From positions 65,038,001 to 65,102,000 of the forward strand of contig CM060733.1 of NCBI GenBank assembly GCA_030704615.1: DNA of 64,000 nt, given 5' to 3'. Of this stretch, positions 46,727-59,822 are shown piece after piece. Both the position numbers and the translations under genes were made by a program. Source of the stretch: Takakia lepidozioides (taxonomy: Eukaryota; Plantae; Bryophyta). Under the pieces are notes generated by a model. That model was not told where the DNA came from. It saw nothing but the letters and a program-made list of their open reading frames with translations, and searched no databases. Positions within the stretch are counted from its first letter, which is position 1; the number at the start of each line of letters is the position of its first letter.

Positions 46727-49564
46727 AGGGAAGAAATGCACATGTAGAAGGATAGGGTAGAGGTTGGCAGGCACAAGGATGTTGCCAGCAAATGAAGCAA
46801 AGCCGTCATGCCATGATGAGGACTGGAATCACAATAAGAAGAAGCGTTGGAAGTGGCTGATGACAAAGATGACAAGGTGCCATCTTGACAGGCAGACCCA
46901 CCGCTTCACTGGGGTATAAGACAGATAAGTTCGAAGAGTGCTGCCTTCCCTTTTTGGGTGACTTAGAAATCGCTTTGTGAAGTTTGGACTGTCTCTTGTA
47001 TGTAGTAAGAGACACTGACATGTGAGGAAGAAAAAGAGCTTTGGAAATGGAATGAAGACACTGGACTTCAAACCAGGATGGACTGGAGATGGATGCACCT
47101 GTTGTTACATTGTACAGTAGGAAAAATGAATGGAAACAGGGTTGACTCGTTGCTGGGACAGAATGGTTGCTGTTGTTGTATTCTTGTTCTTTGTTTCAGC
47201 GTCATGAGCTTGTACAAACAATCTAGCCTGGGATGTTGACACATTGCAGCCAATGTGGAACTAGCTTAGTAGGTAGAGGAAACCAGTGAGGGTTAGATAG
47301 AACTGTTTGGAAACAACAAGAAGGATGATGTGGATGGGGCAGAAAAACCAACATCTGTTTGGGTTTGGATCTGATTCTCAGAGTGCTCTCAGCATGTGAA
47401 CCACTGAGGTTCACAGTTGATGGGAAAAAGAGAGCTGTCAGGGTGTGTAAATTGAGACCTGTAGAAGGGTTGAGAGCTGTCTTGGGCAAATGGCTACACC
47501 TGGGAAAAGTGGAGTGTGAAGCATCTGTCATTGGCAAGAGAGGGACTGATAAAAGGGCTGATTATATCTTGTGTGACCAAGGTTGATTCCAATGCTGGGT
47601 GCACTGGATGCTTGGCTGAATGTGCATTGCATTGCATCATAGACATGCTACAGTGGAAAGAGTGAGGAACCTACTCACCCTGAAAGAAAGAGAGAGGGAG
47701 AGAGAAAAGGACATAAGGGAGAGAGCTGACCAGCAAGAGGGGATGGTGAGGAATGGATGATTGGGGAGGTAAGATAAAGAAAGCATGAACCCATGAAGGG
47801 CCAAACTGGTGGGCCTGCAACTCATGGCAGATCTGAGTTGCCTCCTTCTAAATCGTGATCTTATTACAAAGGGGCTTCCACGTGTTGCTGTCCAAGGGAG
47901 CTGCCCACAGTTGTCATCACTGACGTAGGGCTGGTTGCATCACTGAAGACAGCATGGTAACATGGCTGGTGCAGTGTACCAGGGAAAGGATGTCGTGTAG
48001 AAGTAGAACCACGGGTGAAAACAATACAGACTCCCCATCCATGTCTTCTCTTCCGCTGCGGCGTGGATGAGGATTGTGTGAACTCTGATCATGAAGGACC
48101 TGAGGGAAACCCACACTGAGTGACGATGGTTGGATCACTGAGAGGAGAGCTCCTTTCCTTCCCTCCGATTGACCTGGGGAGGAGCACAACTAGACTTGCA
48201 CAGAAGGGGATTCACGCCCCTTCTTTTCACACTACACCACATTACAGATCCAAGATATGTATACACAAGTATCTTGAGGTGATCCAAGACAAGCATTATG
48301 CAAGGTAGGTAAGAACAGCCTGCCCTACAACACTTTTAGGGAATGTTCACACAAGCAACTGGAAGGACCAGCCTGTAATTAATTACACTTCGGGCATGCC
48401 ACCAAGTAAACTTCTTGGGCATGGCAAGCCATATTGCAGCTTCACATTTGGCCAAATGTAAGCACCCAAAGCATGCATCGTGCAAGGCCTTTTGGGTAGG
48501 TAAGAACAGCCTGTCATTGTACAGATTTAGGACCTGTGTACACAGGACACTTGCTGGCCCAGCCTGCAATAAATCAGACTCCAAACATGCAACCAAGTGA
48601 TCACTTTGGGCATGACAAAACTGACTGCGACTTCATTCTACATCATGTACAGTTGCCCCAAGATATGCATCATGTAAGGCATTTTGGCATGGAAGAAAGG
48701 CCTGCCCTGTCACAACATCCAGATAAGGACACACATACAATTTGAGTGCCCAAGACCAAGCCCACTTGGCCAAGATAAATCATACAATGCAAGTGACTGT
48801 TCATATGGCAAAATAAAGTAACTAATCACTGGCCAGAGTCCTTTAGAGCTTACCATCAATGTTTCACATGAGGCTAATGCCATGTTTTGCAAATAGCACC
48901 TCACTATGCTCCATTCCACAACAAATCCAGGTCTGAAAATGGCCTGTCATTACCTTCTTTTACAAAAACCAGACCTCCTCATCCTTAGAGCCTAACAGTC
49001 CTTGATGCCTTTACCCTTACATCATCAATCCTCTTTTAAGGCCAAAAAAAGACCTGGTCTAAAAATCCACAGGCAAAGCTGTCAAAGATGCAAGACAGGG
49101 TAGGATTCACATGCTGTGCTGCACGAGACAAGGCTGCCAGGCCGAGATGCTCCATCAGCAGCATCAAAACATAAGTCAAAAGCAAACATCATCATGTCAA
49201 ACCGGGAGCAAGCGGGCCGAAATCGGGGCTGTAGGCAGCAGCAGTATGTTTCTTTTGCTCACATCCTTATCTGCAAGCTCAAGAGAATTCAAAGCAAGTA
49301 GGGATCCTCACCTAGTTTCATCACGAGCCCCCACAAAAACCAATGGGTTAGTGAGGATTGTGGAACCCCAGGTGAATCACAGACCCCTACACTTGTTATC
49401 GATGTCAACTAAGAACTCCAAAGACAAGAGAGAAAGATATGAAGTAAAAGGAACCCTAATCACCAAAAGCACCTTGAGCGATTGGGGAAGGTAACATTGC
49501 GCCATCGCCACCAACACGCCACCTCCAGCACAGCTAAGGAGAAGCGAAGCATACAAAGAACATT

Positions 49565-49996
49565 TATTCGGATGAGGTCCATCAGCAGGATGAAAAAGTA
49601 GTATACATCATCCAGGGCAGCGGGTTTCTCATCCTAACAGGTAATTCGTCATCCCTTAAGAGAAAGCCTCATCCAGTACGGAAAAAAAGGCAAATCCTGG
49701 TATTTTTCATCCGGCATGGATGGAAAAATTATAGATAGGATGCCAGTGTCATAACCCCTACGGAGGTAATTCTTCATTCTCTGGTGACTCATCTGATATA
49801 GATGAAAGTCAATAAAAGAGGAATGAAAAATTATATCATTTTTAAAGGTATTTTAGTGTCCACCCAGGTGATTCTTCTGGTATGGATAGAAAACCTTTAC
49901 AAGTCGGGTGAAAACACCTTTAGAGTCCATCTGGTATAGATGGAAAATCATGAAAAGAACACTGATGCAACCGGCCAATTCCAAGAAGGGAGGGAG
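49565..49996. repeat. ~450-bp dispersed direct repeat, copy 2
   Basis: Homologous to 44840-45330. Confidence 0.85.
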
Positions 49997-50412
49997 AGAG
50001 AGGGAGAGAGAGGGAGAGATGAGTGAGAGAGAGAAATAAAAAGGGTGGGGGGGCGGGGGGGAGTGACTGAGCAACAGTAGTTGCCCCCCCACCTTTTTGT
50101 TTTTGTTTTTTCCCTCATCACTCCTTCTCTCTCCTCCTCTCTCCACATCCTGATGCGACAGAGGGAGAGATGCGGGAAAAGAGGGAGAGAGAGGGACAGA
50201 GGGAGCGAAGGAGAGAGAGGGACTGTTGAGGGAAAAAAAAAGAACAACAAAAGGTGGGGCGGTGGGGGAGTGACTGAGCAGCAGTTGCTGAGAGGGAGAG
50301 AGGGAGATGAAAAAAAAAAAAATGGTGGGGAGGGGGGGGGAGTGACTGAGCAGCTGCTGCTCAGTCACTTCCCCTACCTTATTTTTTATTTTTTATTTTC
50401 CCTCATCACTCC

Positions 50413-50470
<58 letters not shown>

Positions 50471-51180
50471 CATCTTGATGGGAAAGATGAAGGAACAGAG
50501 GGAGAGAGAGGGAGAGAGGGAGAGAGGGACAGAGGCTACGAGGGAGAGAGGGATAGAGAAGGATTGTTAAGGGGGAAAAAAAAAACAAAAAACGGTGGGG
50601 GGTGGGGAAGTGACTGGAGCAGCTGCTGCTCCTCCAGTCCCTTCCCCACCCCCCACCTTTTTTCTTTCTTTTTTTCCCCTTGAACAATCCCTCTCTCTCC
50701 ACATCCTGATGGGACAGAGGGAAACAGAGGGACAGAGGGAGAGAGAGGGAGAGAGGAGGGAAGAAAAATAAAAAGAAGGTGGGGGGGGGGGGAAGTGACT
50801 GAGCAGCTGGTGCTGCTAAGTCACTCCCCCCCCCACCTTTTCATTTTTTGTTTTTGGAATGGTGGGGGGTGCTGGGAGCAGCTTGCTGCTGCTGGTCTTA
50901 GCCCCCCCCCCACCTTTCATTTTTTGGTTTTGGCAATGGTGGGGGGCGCTGAGAGCTGCAGCAGCACGTACTTGCTGCTGCTACTCTCAGTCCCCCCTAC
51001 CTTTTTTTTTTTTTTGGGAATGGTGGGGGGGGTTGACAGCAGCAACGAGTGATGGTGCTCTTAGACCCCCCCCCCCCCCCCCCTCCTCTTTTTTTTGCTT
51101 ATCAGCAGAGAGAGAAGGGGGAGATGGAGAAGGACATAAAGATAGAGGAAGAGGGAGAGAGGGGAAGGGGGAGGGTCAGG
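49997..51180. repeat. Low-complexity GA/CT and poly-G/C region with repeated GAGTGACTGAGCAGC modules in both orientations; (CT)n at ~50421-50467
   Basis: Direct reading; hairpin GAGTGACTGAGCAGC-T-GCTGCTCAGTCACT at ~50340-50370. Confidence 0.85.
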
Positions 51181-51248
51181 CCTTGTTTTTTCTTGGCGTG
51201 TGAAATCACACGGTAGTAGTGTTGTGGGCGCAAGGATAAGCTCGTAGT

Positions 51249-53324
51249 ATGGCGAAGGACAAGGAGAAGGCGCCTGCCGCTAAGGTAGGGAAGCCTGACA
51301 ATGCTCCCGTCATTGACGGCCGTGTGACACGGTCCACTTGGTCCAAATTCACCAGTCCTATAGGCGACTATGTGAGAGGACCAAGCCGTAAGGCCGTCGA
51401 GGCCTCCACGCCCTCGAAAGAGGGTGGGGATGAGCCTCCACTTGAGGGTGGTGCACCCAATGTTCAGGCTAGGACGCCACCCCACGGGCTGATGGAGGGC
51501 CTTGACTTTTACGCGGGGAAGCGCATTCTCAGATCTGGCACCAGGTATGGGCAACTTGAGCTTAACCCAACCGCCAATGCCTTTTCCCCATCTTCTGTAG
51601 CCAAGAGGGCTTATAAGGGGGGGGGCTCAGAAGGGGGTGGGTTCCCCCTCACCTTGGGAGAAGAGGGAGGCTTCAAAGGAGGCCGCAATGAGGTGGAAGG
51701 AGGAGGAAAGGAAGAAGGAGGAAGACAAGAAGAAGGAAGATGGAAATAGGGGGGCCACGGGAAAGGGAGGGGGAAGAGGAGAGGGTGACACTGGCTTTGG
51801 AGGGCCCCTTGCGAAGTCTGTCACCTGAACGGTCAATGAAGAAGACCCTAGACTTTGGGGCGCTGTCTGTGAGCCTATTGGGTGCATGAGATAGGCTTCC
51901 ACCCTTATTCCGAGAGGGCCTTATGGGGGGTGCACCACAAGCGGGGACCGAGGGCAACATTGAGGTCATGGACGCAAAGGTGAGCCTCTTTCCTTCACCT
52001 TTTTCTCTTTCCTTTGCTTTTCATTTTGTTTCTGGTTTGTTTCTAATTTTGTGGGTTTTGTGTTCAGGAGCTTGGCGCATTCGTGGCTAAGCTTGTGGCA
52101 GGCAGTGGGATTGCCACCGACAAAGCAGGGACAGTGGCGGTGCCTACCCATGGGGATGGTAAGAGGAAGAGGAAAAGACCGCGTGTCCCCGAGGTTCCTC
52201 TAATCATCAAGGAGGGTAGGGAAGTAGTGGAGGGGGGGGAGGGAAGTAGTAGAGGGGAAGGGGAAAGGACAGTCCCAGGAGAGGGAGCGTAAGAGAAAGA
52301 GGCGTAGAAGGGGAGAGGTGCAGCCAGGGGAGGGCATTAGTGGGGAAACAAACGACAAGGGGGAGCTAGTTCAGATGAGCGTGCATCCGGTGGAGGGCAC
52401 TATCGGGGCAACAAAAGACAAGGGAGAGGTAATTCAGAAGAGCGTGGACGAGGTAAAGACCTCGGGTCCCCGCAACCTTGATTTGCCAAAGATGAAGGTG
52501 CCCCCCTTAGACCCCATTGGTTGAGGGCACATTTCCGGGTGAGTGGAATGAGGGGAAGCTTTTGGAGCTGGTGGGAAAGAACCTCAAGGACAAGAGGTAC
52601 CGTGCGCGACAAACCATTTGCAAGGCACTCAAGGCGGGGGTCGAACCAACGACCACGCCACATGGAATGACCAAGGTAAGACGCACTTCACTTTGTCATT
52701 GGCGTCTTTGAATGCATGTTCATTGCGGTATGGAGTTCATTAACATTTATAGTGTCTTTGTTGGGGCTGGACAGGAATCTTGGGAGGCTCTCATCGCAGG
52801 GGAGTTGGAAGAGCTGAAGGCGGAGATCTTCGCAAGGGGACGTACGGCAACTGCAGCCCGCCTCGAGAAGTGTGCGGAATCAACACACAAGTGGGGCCCC
52901 AACGGAAGCAAGAGTTTGGTCACCCAATTCGTAAGTGTTTTTTTTCTTGTCATACCCATTCTTCTTTTTTAGCTTCTCCCTTCCATTATGAATTCTGACC
53001 TGTCATTGCATTTGTATGTCATGTGCAGAAAAGAAGTTTCAGAGGCCTCCCTTCGCCGTCGAGCACAACTTTTGCAAGACTCAGGGGTGGAAGGCCCTTG
53101 TAGCCTCAATGGCCAAGATGCCACAATTGACGGAGGATAGTGCATCTATAGGGGTGGGGATGGGTAGTTCAGTGGCTCGGCCGGATGGGGGAGAGCCAGT
53201 AGTAGGGGGTGGTTCGAAGGATGATGTAATCTCGGACTCGGCCTCATCATCCTCCAAATTGGAGGCCCAACGTAGCTTGCATTCCTTGGACGAGTACACC
53301 TATGACTCAGGTGATGACGAGTGA
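51249..53324 (+). pseudogene. Spliced gene, probably a CACTA ORF2/TnpA-like (Ptta/En/Spm) protein, decayed
   Basis: GT-AG introns at 51980-52067, 52676-52774 and 52931-53028 join PHGMTK|ESWEALI...ARLEK..STHKWGPNG..QF|KKKFQRPP. The P..M...W..L...H..G..G pattern is typical of Transposase_24. Confidence 0.5.
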
Positions 53325-53599
53325 GGGATGGTTCCCAATTAGAGACATGTACAGGTAGTACTCACTTTATGTATATATTTTTTCAGTTGCCATTTCGATC
53401 CTCATTCTAACCTTAATGGACATGTGGATTTGGTGTATCGACCTATAGATTAGAATGCATGCAATTCTTGCAAGCACGAGGCACACCCCAACCCCCAAGA
53501 AAACCCTACACCCAACCCCCCCCCCCCCCCACCCCAAACGAAAAAAAACCCCCAAAACTCCACCCCAAATACCAGCTGGCTATCCTCCCACCCCCCCCC

Positions 53600-54165
53600 C
53601 CAGCGACGCCGGTGCGACGACCCGACGCTCTTGCAATTCCCAAGAGTCGCAACAGAACCACGCCATCATGGAGCTAGCGACGCCGCCCAGGGGCTGTGAC
53701 GTTGTTGCGACTCCAAAGAGTCGCATAAGAATGTGCCCTCCCATGGAGCTAGCGACGGCCCCCGGGGGTTGCGACGTCCGTGCGATTTCCGGGCGTCGCC
53801 AACGAACCTACCTGCCCATGGGGGTCTATCGACGCCCCCAGATGGCAGCGATGTCATGGCGATTCCCGGACGTCGCCAGTCCCCTAGGCAGAATAGACCC
53901 CATCTGCGATGTCCAAGCATCGCAGAGCGGGGGCTTTAATGTCCCAGGGTGCGATGTGCCGGCGTCGCCGGCGCGTGGCTATTTCTGGGGATGGGCGACG
54001 TCCTTGCGACTGCCCCACAACGCAGCGGGAGGGATGGACCACCCCCTCCTTCCCATTAGTTGCGACTCCCGGGAGTCGCCATATTGCGATGCCCCTGAGA
54101 GGCGGCGACATTCCGCCGTCGCTGGTCGTGGCTAGGGGGGCCCAGGGGACTAGCGATTCCCTGAG
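53600..54165. repeat. GCGA/TCGC-rich subterminal-like repeats following the TnpA-like gene
   Basis: Dense direct and inverted GCGAC/GTCGC motifs; similar motifs at 62010-62250. Confidence 0.5.
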
Positions 54166-54168
54166 GTC

Positions 54169-54313
54169 GAATTCCCTTTGGTCGATGGCAGTCCGGAACA
54201 GCTCCCCACACCTTAGTCGTTTTCCGCCGCATCTATTGTTGCCACTGCCCCCACCATAGTGGCAGCCCCTCTCGTGTCCCGACCCCATGCCCTCAAGGCA
54301 AAGGGCCGCGACA
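54169..54313 (-). repeat. E6 3' LTR remnant (end-truncated, ~400-bp internal deletion)
   Basis: Joins the LTR segment ~59996-60053 directly to ~60461-60546 at CCG. Confidence 0.85.
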
Positions 54314-55215
54314 CACACCCCTACCAACAGGGAGTCGATGTCCTCATCGACTTGTCTATTTTGTAGAAACAAACATCCAAGTTGTGGCGTCCCACATCAA
54401 GGAGTTTGTTTCCGTACCATGGCGTCCCATGGCAAAGACCAAACCCCCACTTGACTCTACTCTCCATTAGCTAGTTCGCCCGACTTCCTCCAAGTCCCGG
54501 CCAAGGGTGGAGCCTCTCAAGCTCCTCCCACTGCACTCTTCTTGGCCCACTTGAAGGCCAAGGAACGATCCTCCCCGAGGATCGAATCGCCTTACTGCAA
54601 CAACATTGCTTGCGACTGCTCATGATGCCGCTTTTGGCATCACCTTGAGCAATGGTTCACCTTGAACCTTTTTTACTAGGAAGATAACCTTGAACCAACC
54701 GTGCGCCCCAATCACTACAATTGGGTCCGCCTTGGAGTGCTGGCCTGAGGTACGGGAACACGCCGAAGCCGCACTACGACTTCGTCCCGAGGCTACACGA
54801 TTATAGTACGTGAACGGAAGCACGTAGCTTCCGCGTTAACCCGCACTACAAGGCAACCCCCTCGGTAGCACAGTTATAGTACGCGCACGCGCCAGATGCG
54901 CACTAGCACGTGAACTCCCAAAGAAGGCGCAAGTTTCATTGCCCTTTGGATGAGAGCCACCCGATTTCGGCACTGCGCAAACACATGATTAATCCAATTT
55001 ACCTCTCCCACTTTTGTAAGCTAGCATGCATTCTACACACTAGCCAACCATACCATGCATCACCATTCCAAACAAGATATGACGCACAACATTTGGAAAC
55101 CATTTCATTTATAACAAAATTTGTACAACACAAGTTTTTGCAATCGGATTCCTTAGCTAGCTAAGCCGGGCGAAGCATGCATTTCCTTCCCCATGATCCA
55201 AGGTTGATGTCCCCA

Positions 55216-58200
55216 TCAACGCTTCTTCTGCTTTTGAGGTCGCTCTTCGAAAGCTGCAACCGCCTCAGATGCGTTTCTCATTTCTGAGGTACGCACCCAA
55301 GATGCCTCCACATGATGATAGCCCTTCCATTTCATGAGATACTCCGTTTCTCGATTCTTGAACCTCCTCGATTTAAGCATTGCCTCCACCTCGTACTCAG
55401 GTTCATTTTCATGATCCAACAGCATAGGTGGCGGACGCAACATTTGATGCTGATTCGGACGCGCTTCAACTTTGAAGTAAGGCTTCAAAAGGGAGACGTG
55501 GAATACCGGATGCACCTTGCTGTTTGCCGGCAGCTCCAATTCATACACATCCTCATTCATAACCTTCCGGATGCGAAAGGGTCCCGCATACGGAGGTACG
55601 AACTTTGGACTCATTTCCGGAGGTAGTCGGAAATTCTTGATGTTCAACCAGACCTCCGTGCCTGCCTCAAACTTAACTTCCCTCCGCTTCCTATTCGCCT
55701 GCAGTTCATACCGTTTCCTAGCTTTGGCAATGTTGTACTTCGCGAGCTACAACAAACGCTCGCGTTCTTCCAGCACCGCTGCTGCTGCCGGTTCCTCAAC
55801 GTCTTGGGTGGCCCAACTTGTCGGCACCAGAGGTGCTTTTCTATAGACCAATACGAAAGGGGAAACTCCCGTTGCGGAGTATTTTATGTTATTATAACAG
55901 AACTCCGCCGCATCCAAGTGCTCCACCCAGTCCGATTGGTCTGCCAACACATAATTCCGCAAGATCTGCTTCACCTCGGAATTCACTCTTTCCATTTGGC
56001 CGTCTGTCGTAGGTCGGAAAGCGGTGCTCATCTTTAGCCTCGTCCCCATTTTCTTCCAAAGTGCCCTCCAAAATTTACTTGTAAACTTTGGATCGTGGTC
56101 CAAGACAATATCTTTCGGGAGTCCATGATGCTTGAAGACGTGGACGAAGTAAAGTCGCCTCGTCTCCTGCGCCGTTGCCGTCTCCTTGGTGAGAATGAAA
56201 TGGCCCATTTTACTGAACCTATCCACAACCACCATGATTGCATCGAATCCTTTTGACAGCGGCATAACAGTCATGAAATCCATCGAGACACTTTCCCAAG
56301 ACCCCTCTGGAATTGGCAAGGGTTGTAACAGCCCCGCTTGCTTTTTGTACTCGCTCCGGTTTTGTTGGCATGTGGTGCATGTCTTGACATACTCCTCGGC
56401 CTCCTCCCTCAGTTTGGGCCAGAAATACTCTTTCTTCAAGAGTGTCGTGGTGCGCTTGGCTCCGCCGTGGCCCGCAAGCGGGCCATCATGGCATTCTCTT
56501 AAGAGACTATCTCTGATTCTTCCCTTCGGCACGTAGAAATGCTTTTGCTTGTATTGGAGTATTCCATTTTGCAAGTGGAACTGCGATTTAACCCCCATCC
56601 TCAAGTCCCGCATCACGGACTTTGCCATCTCATCCTTCAAGTAAGCCTTCCGGATCTCCCTTTGGAGCGCCGTCTCGCCCCTGTACACCAACATGAGCTG
56701 CTGCTTTCTACTTAAAGCATCGGCCACCACATTGTCCCGTCCCGGTTTGTACTGGATATCCACGTCGAACACCGCCAAAGTGTCTTGCCACCTAAGTTGT
56801 TTTGGGGACAACTTAGGTTGTGTGGCAAAATACTTCACCGTGACATTGTCCGTGAACACCTTCACCGGGTTGGAACCAACATAGTGGCACCAAAGCTCAA
56901 GACAATGCACCACCGCCTTCATCTCTTTTTCGTGCATTGGCCACTGTCGCTCCACTTCATTCAGTTTCTTACTTTCGTAAGCCACTGGACGTCCATCCTG
57001 CATGAGCACACCCCCAATTGCAAAGTCCGACGTATCTGTATGAATCTCAAATGGACAGTCGAACTCCGGGATTTTCAAGACTAGAGCTTCCGCCATCCGC
57101 TGCTTCAACTCGGCAAAAGCTTGGCCACAAAAGGTGTTCCATACCCATAACTTGGATTTACACAGAAGGTCCGATAGTGGCCCCGCGATCTTGGCGAAAT
57201 TTCTTACATACTTTCGGTAATAGGAGGCGAGTCCTAGGAAGGATCGCACTCCCGGGACCGAAGTCGGAGGCTCCCAGTCCAAGATTGCCCTCACCTTTCT
57301 GTCATCCATTTTGATCCCATCCTGTGTAATCACATGCCCTAGGAACTCCACTTTTGTGACCCCGAATTCGCACTTTGAAGCTTTGGCATATAGCTTCCCT
57401 TCCCGCAATTTCTGGAACACCCTTTTGAGGTGCTCCAAGTGCTCTTCCTTTGTTTTCGAGTACACTAAGATGTCGTCGATGTACACGATCACAAAGTCAT
57501 CCAACCACTCCTGGAAAAGGCTATTCATTAGCGTGCTAAAGGTCTCGGGTGCGTTGGTGAGCCCAGAAGGCATCACCAAGAACTCATACGAACCATATCT
57601 TGTCCGACACGCGGTCTTCTCCTCATCTCCTTCCGCCACTCAGATTTGATGGTAGCCGGAGCGCAAATTGATCCGGCTGAAATACTTTGCTCCTGCCAAC
57701 CGATCGAAGAGGTCATCAATCCTTGGCAAAGGGTACCAATTTTTTATAGTCACCTTATTCAGAGCCCTATAATCGACACACATCCGTAGCGTCCCATCTT
57801 TCTTGTCTGCGAATAGCACCGGGGCTCCGTAGGGTGACTTACTCGGCTGGATGTACCCCTTTTAGATCCTTGAGCTGAGCCTTCAGCTCGACCAACTCTC
57901 TGTGGCTCAACTGATAGGGCGCCTTGGCAGGCGGCTCCGATCCCGGTATCACCTCAATCTTGTGGTCAACTCCTCTTCGCGGTGGCAAGCCGCTTGGTAA
58001 ATCCTCCGGCATCACAACCTGGTATTTCTCCAAAATCCCCTTGATCCAATCTGGGCTCAGCTCCCTATCGCCTTCTCCCTTCACTTGTCTTACGTAAAGC
58101 AAAAATTGAGGCTCGTGTGGCCCCTCCACGGCCCACTCCTTTGCTGACAACAGGTTTATTCGCCCTCCCACTGGGTGGGGCGTTTCCGACATTCGTAAAA

Positions 58201-59768
58201 CTTCGCCATCATTCCCAGACGGTAGCGTGACTATTCTCTTGTGGCCATCTATGACCGCTCCGGATTTGCTCAAAAAGGTCATCCCCAAAATGAGATCCAC
58301 TCCATCGATCTCGCAAATGGTGAAGTTTTCACGTCCCTCCCAACTCCCCAGCTGAAAGAACATCGAACGCCAACCTCATCGCCCGTTGTGGTTCTTCTTT
58401 GGCCGAACGCACTTCAATGGAGGCCCCCACATCACTTGTCGGGAGCCCCAGCTTCCATGTCGTTGCCGGTGTCATGAAGGAGTGCGACGCTCCTGTGTCC
58501 ACCAATAACGACACGTTAGTTCCGGAGATTATCCCACTAACGAACAATAACTGACTCCCTTTTTGCAAGGCGTCAGTTTTCTGATACAACTCACAAGAGT
58601 AGTTGCCTACCTTGCAAGTCTTGGCGACCACAGCCTCCACCAAGCGGCTGATGGACTCTTCGGACAATTCCGTGGAAGCCCGAGTCATGTTCAATTGTCG
58701 GGGTTTCGTGCACTTTTTAGCCATGTGCCCGGGCTCCCCACAATTATTACACACTCCATCGAAGGTCGCTTTCTGTCCGCCATAAGCCGCCGTACCTGAT
58801 TTTTCTTTCGGAGCACCGGGTGCCGCTTTGACGTGAGAAGGACTTCCCTTCGATTGCCACGTGCCATTGTCGCCGCGTGGCCTATCCCACTTCTTTTCCG
58901 GTCGAAATGAGTCACCCTCCCGCCGGGTCTTCTTGTGGTTCAGCTCCGTACGGCCTTGTCTTTCGCCCCTAGGAACATCCGAGAAACATTCAGCCCTTCA
59001 ATTACCTCATTCAAAGTCTTAGGTGGCTTCTCCTCCAACTTCTGCCTGGCCCATGAAGCCAGTCCCGCCACAAAGTTGAAGACCATTTCTGGTTCCGCCA
59101 TATCCGCGATTTCGAGCAACAGCACATTGAAAGCCTGAACATATCCCCGAATGTCATCCGTTTGCTTCAAATTCCTCAACTTGTCCCGGGCGAACCCGGA
59201 CGCGTTGAGGGGAACAAACTGTTTTTTCATAAGTTCCTTGAACCCACTCCAGTTCAAGGTTTCCATGATTGGACCTTGGTCGTGAAGGCGTTTCTGCCAC
59301 CATTGTTGGGCATAGCCCCTCAAATAGGTGGGAGCCACTTCCACCCGATCCTCGTCACTCAACTTGGCCGCCCGGAAGTATTGCTCTAGCTCCAAGAGCC
59401 AGATGTTGAGTGCCTTCCAATTTCGGACGCCCTCGAAGGCATCGGGTTCCTTAGGCTTCACCTTAAACTTTGCCTTAGTGGAAGTGGCATAAGCCGCCTT
59501 CAACACGTCTTTTAACGTCCCGCCAAACTGCGCCAACAACCCTTCCCAAAAGGCTGCTGGCATGGGAGACATGTTGGTCTGGCGGAGCCTCCGGGAGGTC
59601 CTCGGGCTCCGACTCCCCAGAATCCTCCCGTTCTTGAGTGGCCTCACTTTCAAAAGCATGAATCGCCTCCTCAAATTGCCACTTCGGTGACACGTCGCCC
59701 CCATCGGGCTCACCAAGATCATCATCTTTCGGGCCGTTCCACTTTCGCTTTGGCTTGCCCGACCCCAT
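55216..59768 (-). pseudogene. E6 gag-pol (gag, PR, RT, RH, IN, chromodomain) with few lesions
   Basis: CNNCGEPGHMAKKC, LVDTGASHSF, YIDD, TDTS, HDGPLAGH, SMDF, AGPF; in-frame TAG at 55747-55749. Confidence 0.93.
55245..55398 (-). other. Group I chromodomain at the integrase C-terminus
   Basis: EYEVEAML..R..EYLMKWKGY...EASW retains the aromatic cage residues. Confidence 0.92.
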
Positions 59769-59808
59769 GATGAGGCCAATCTCAAGGACGATCGCGTACT
59801 GAACTCAG

Positions 59809-59820
59809 GCTCTGATACCA
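59809..59820 (-). promoter_or_regulatory. E6 PBS (tRNA-iMet, TGGTATCAGAGC)
   Basis: Exact canonical Met PBS, 2 nt from the LTR. Confidence 0.95.
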
Positions 59821-59822
59821 AG

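Noticed and set aside
46740-47830. Possible decayed gene on the minus strand (CLHSISKAL, faintly OTU-like)
   Set aside because: No sustained frame and no catalytic DGNC motif; too weak to call.
49853-51203. ORFs with SLSLSL/ERERER tracts
   Set aside because: Microsatellite and low-complexity translations.
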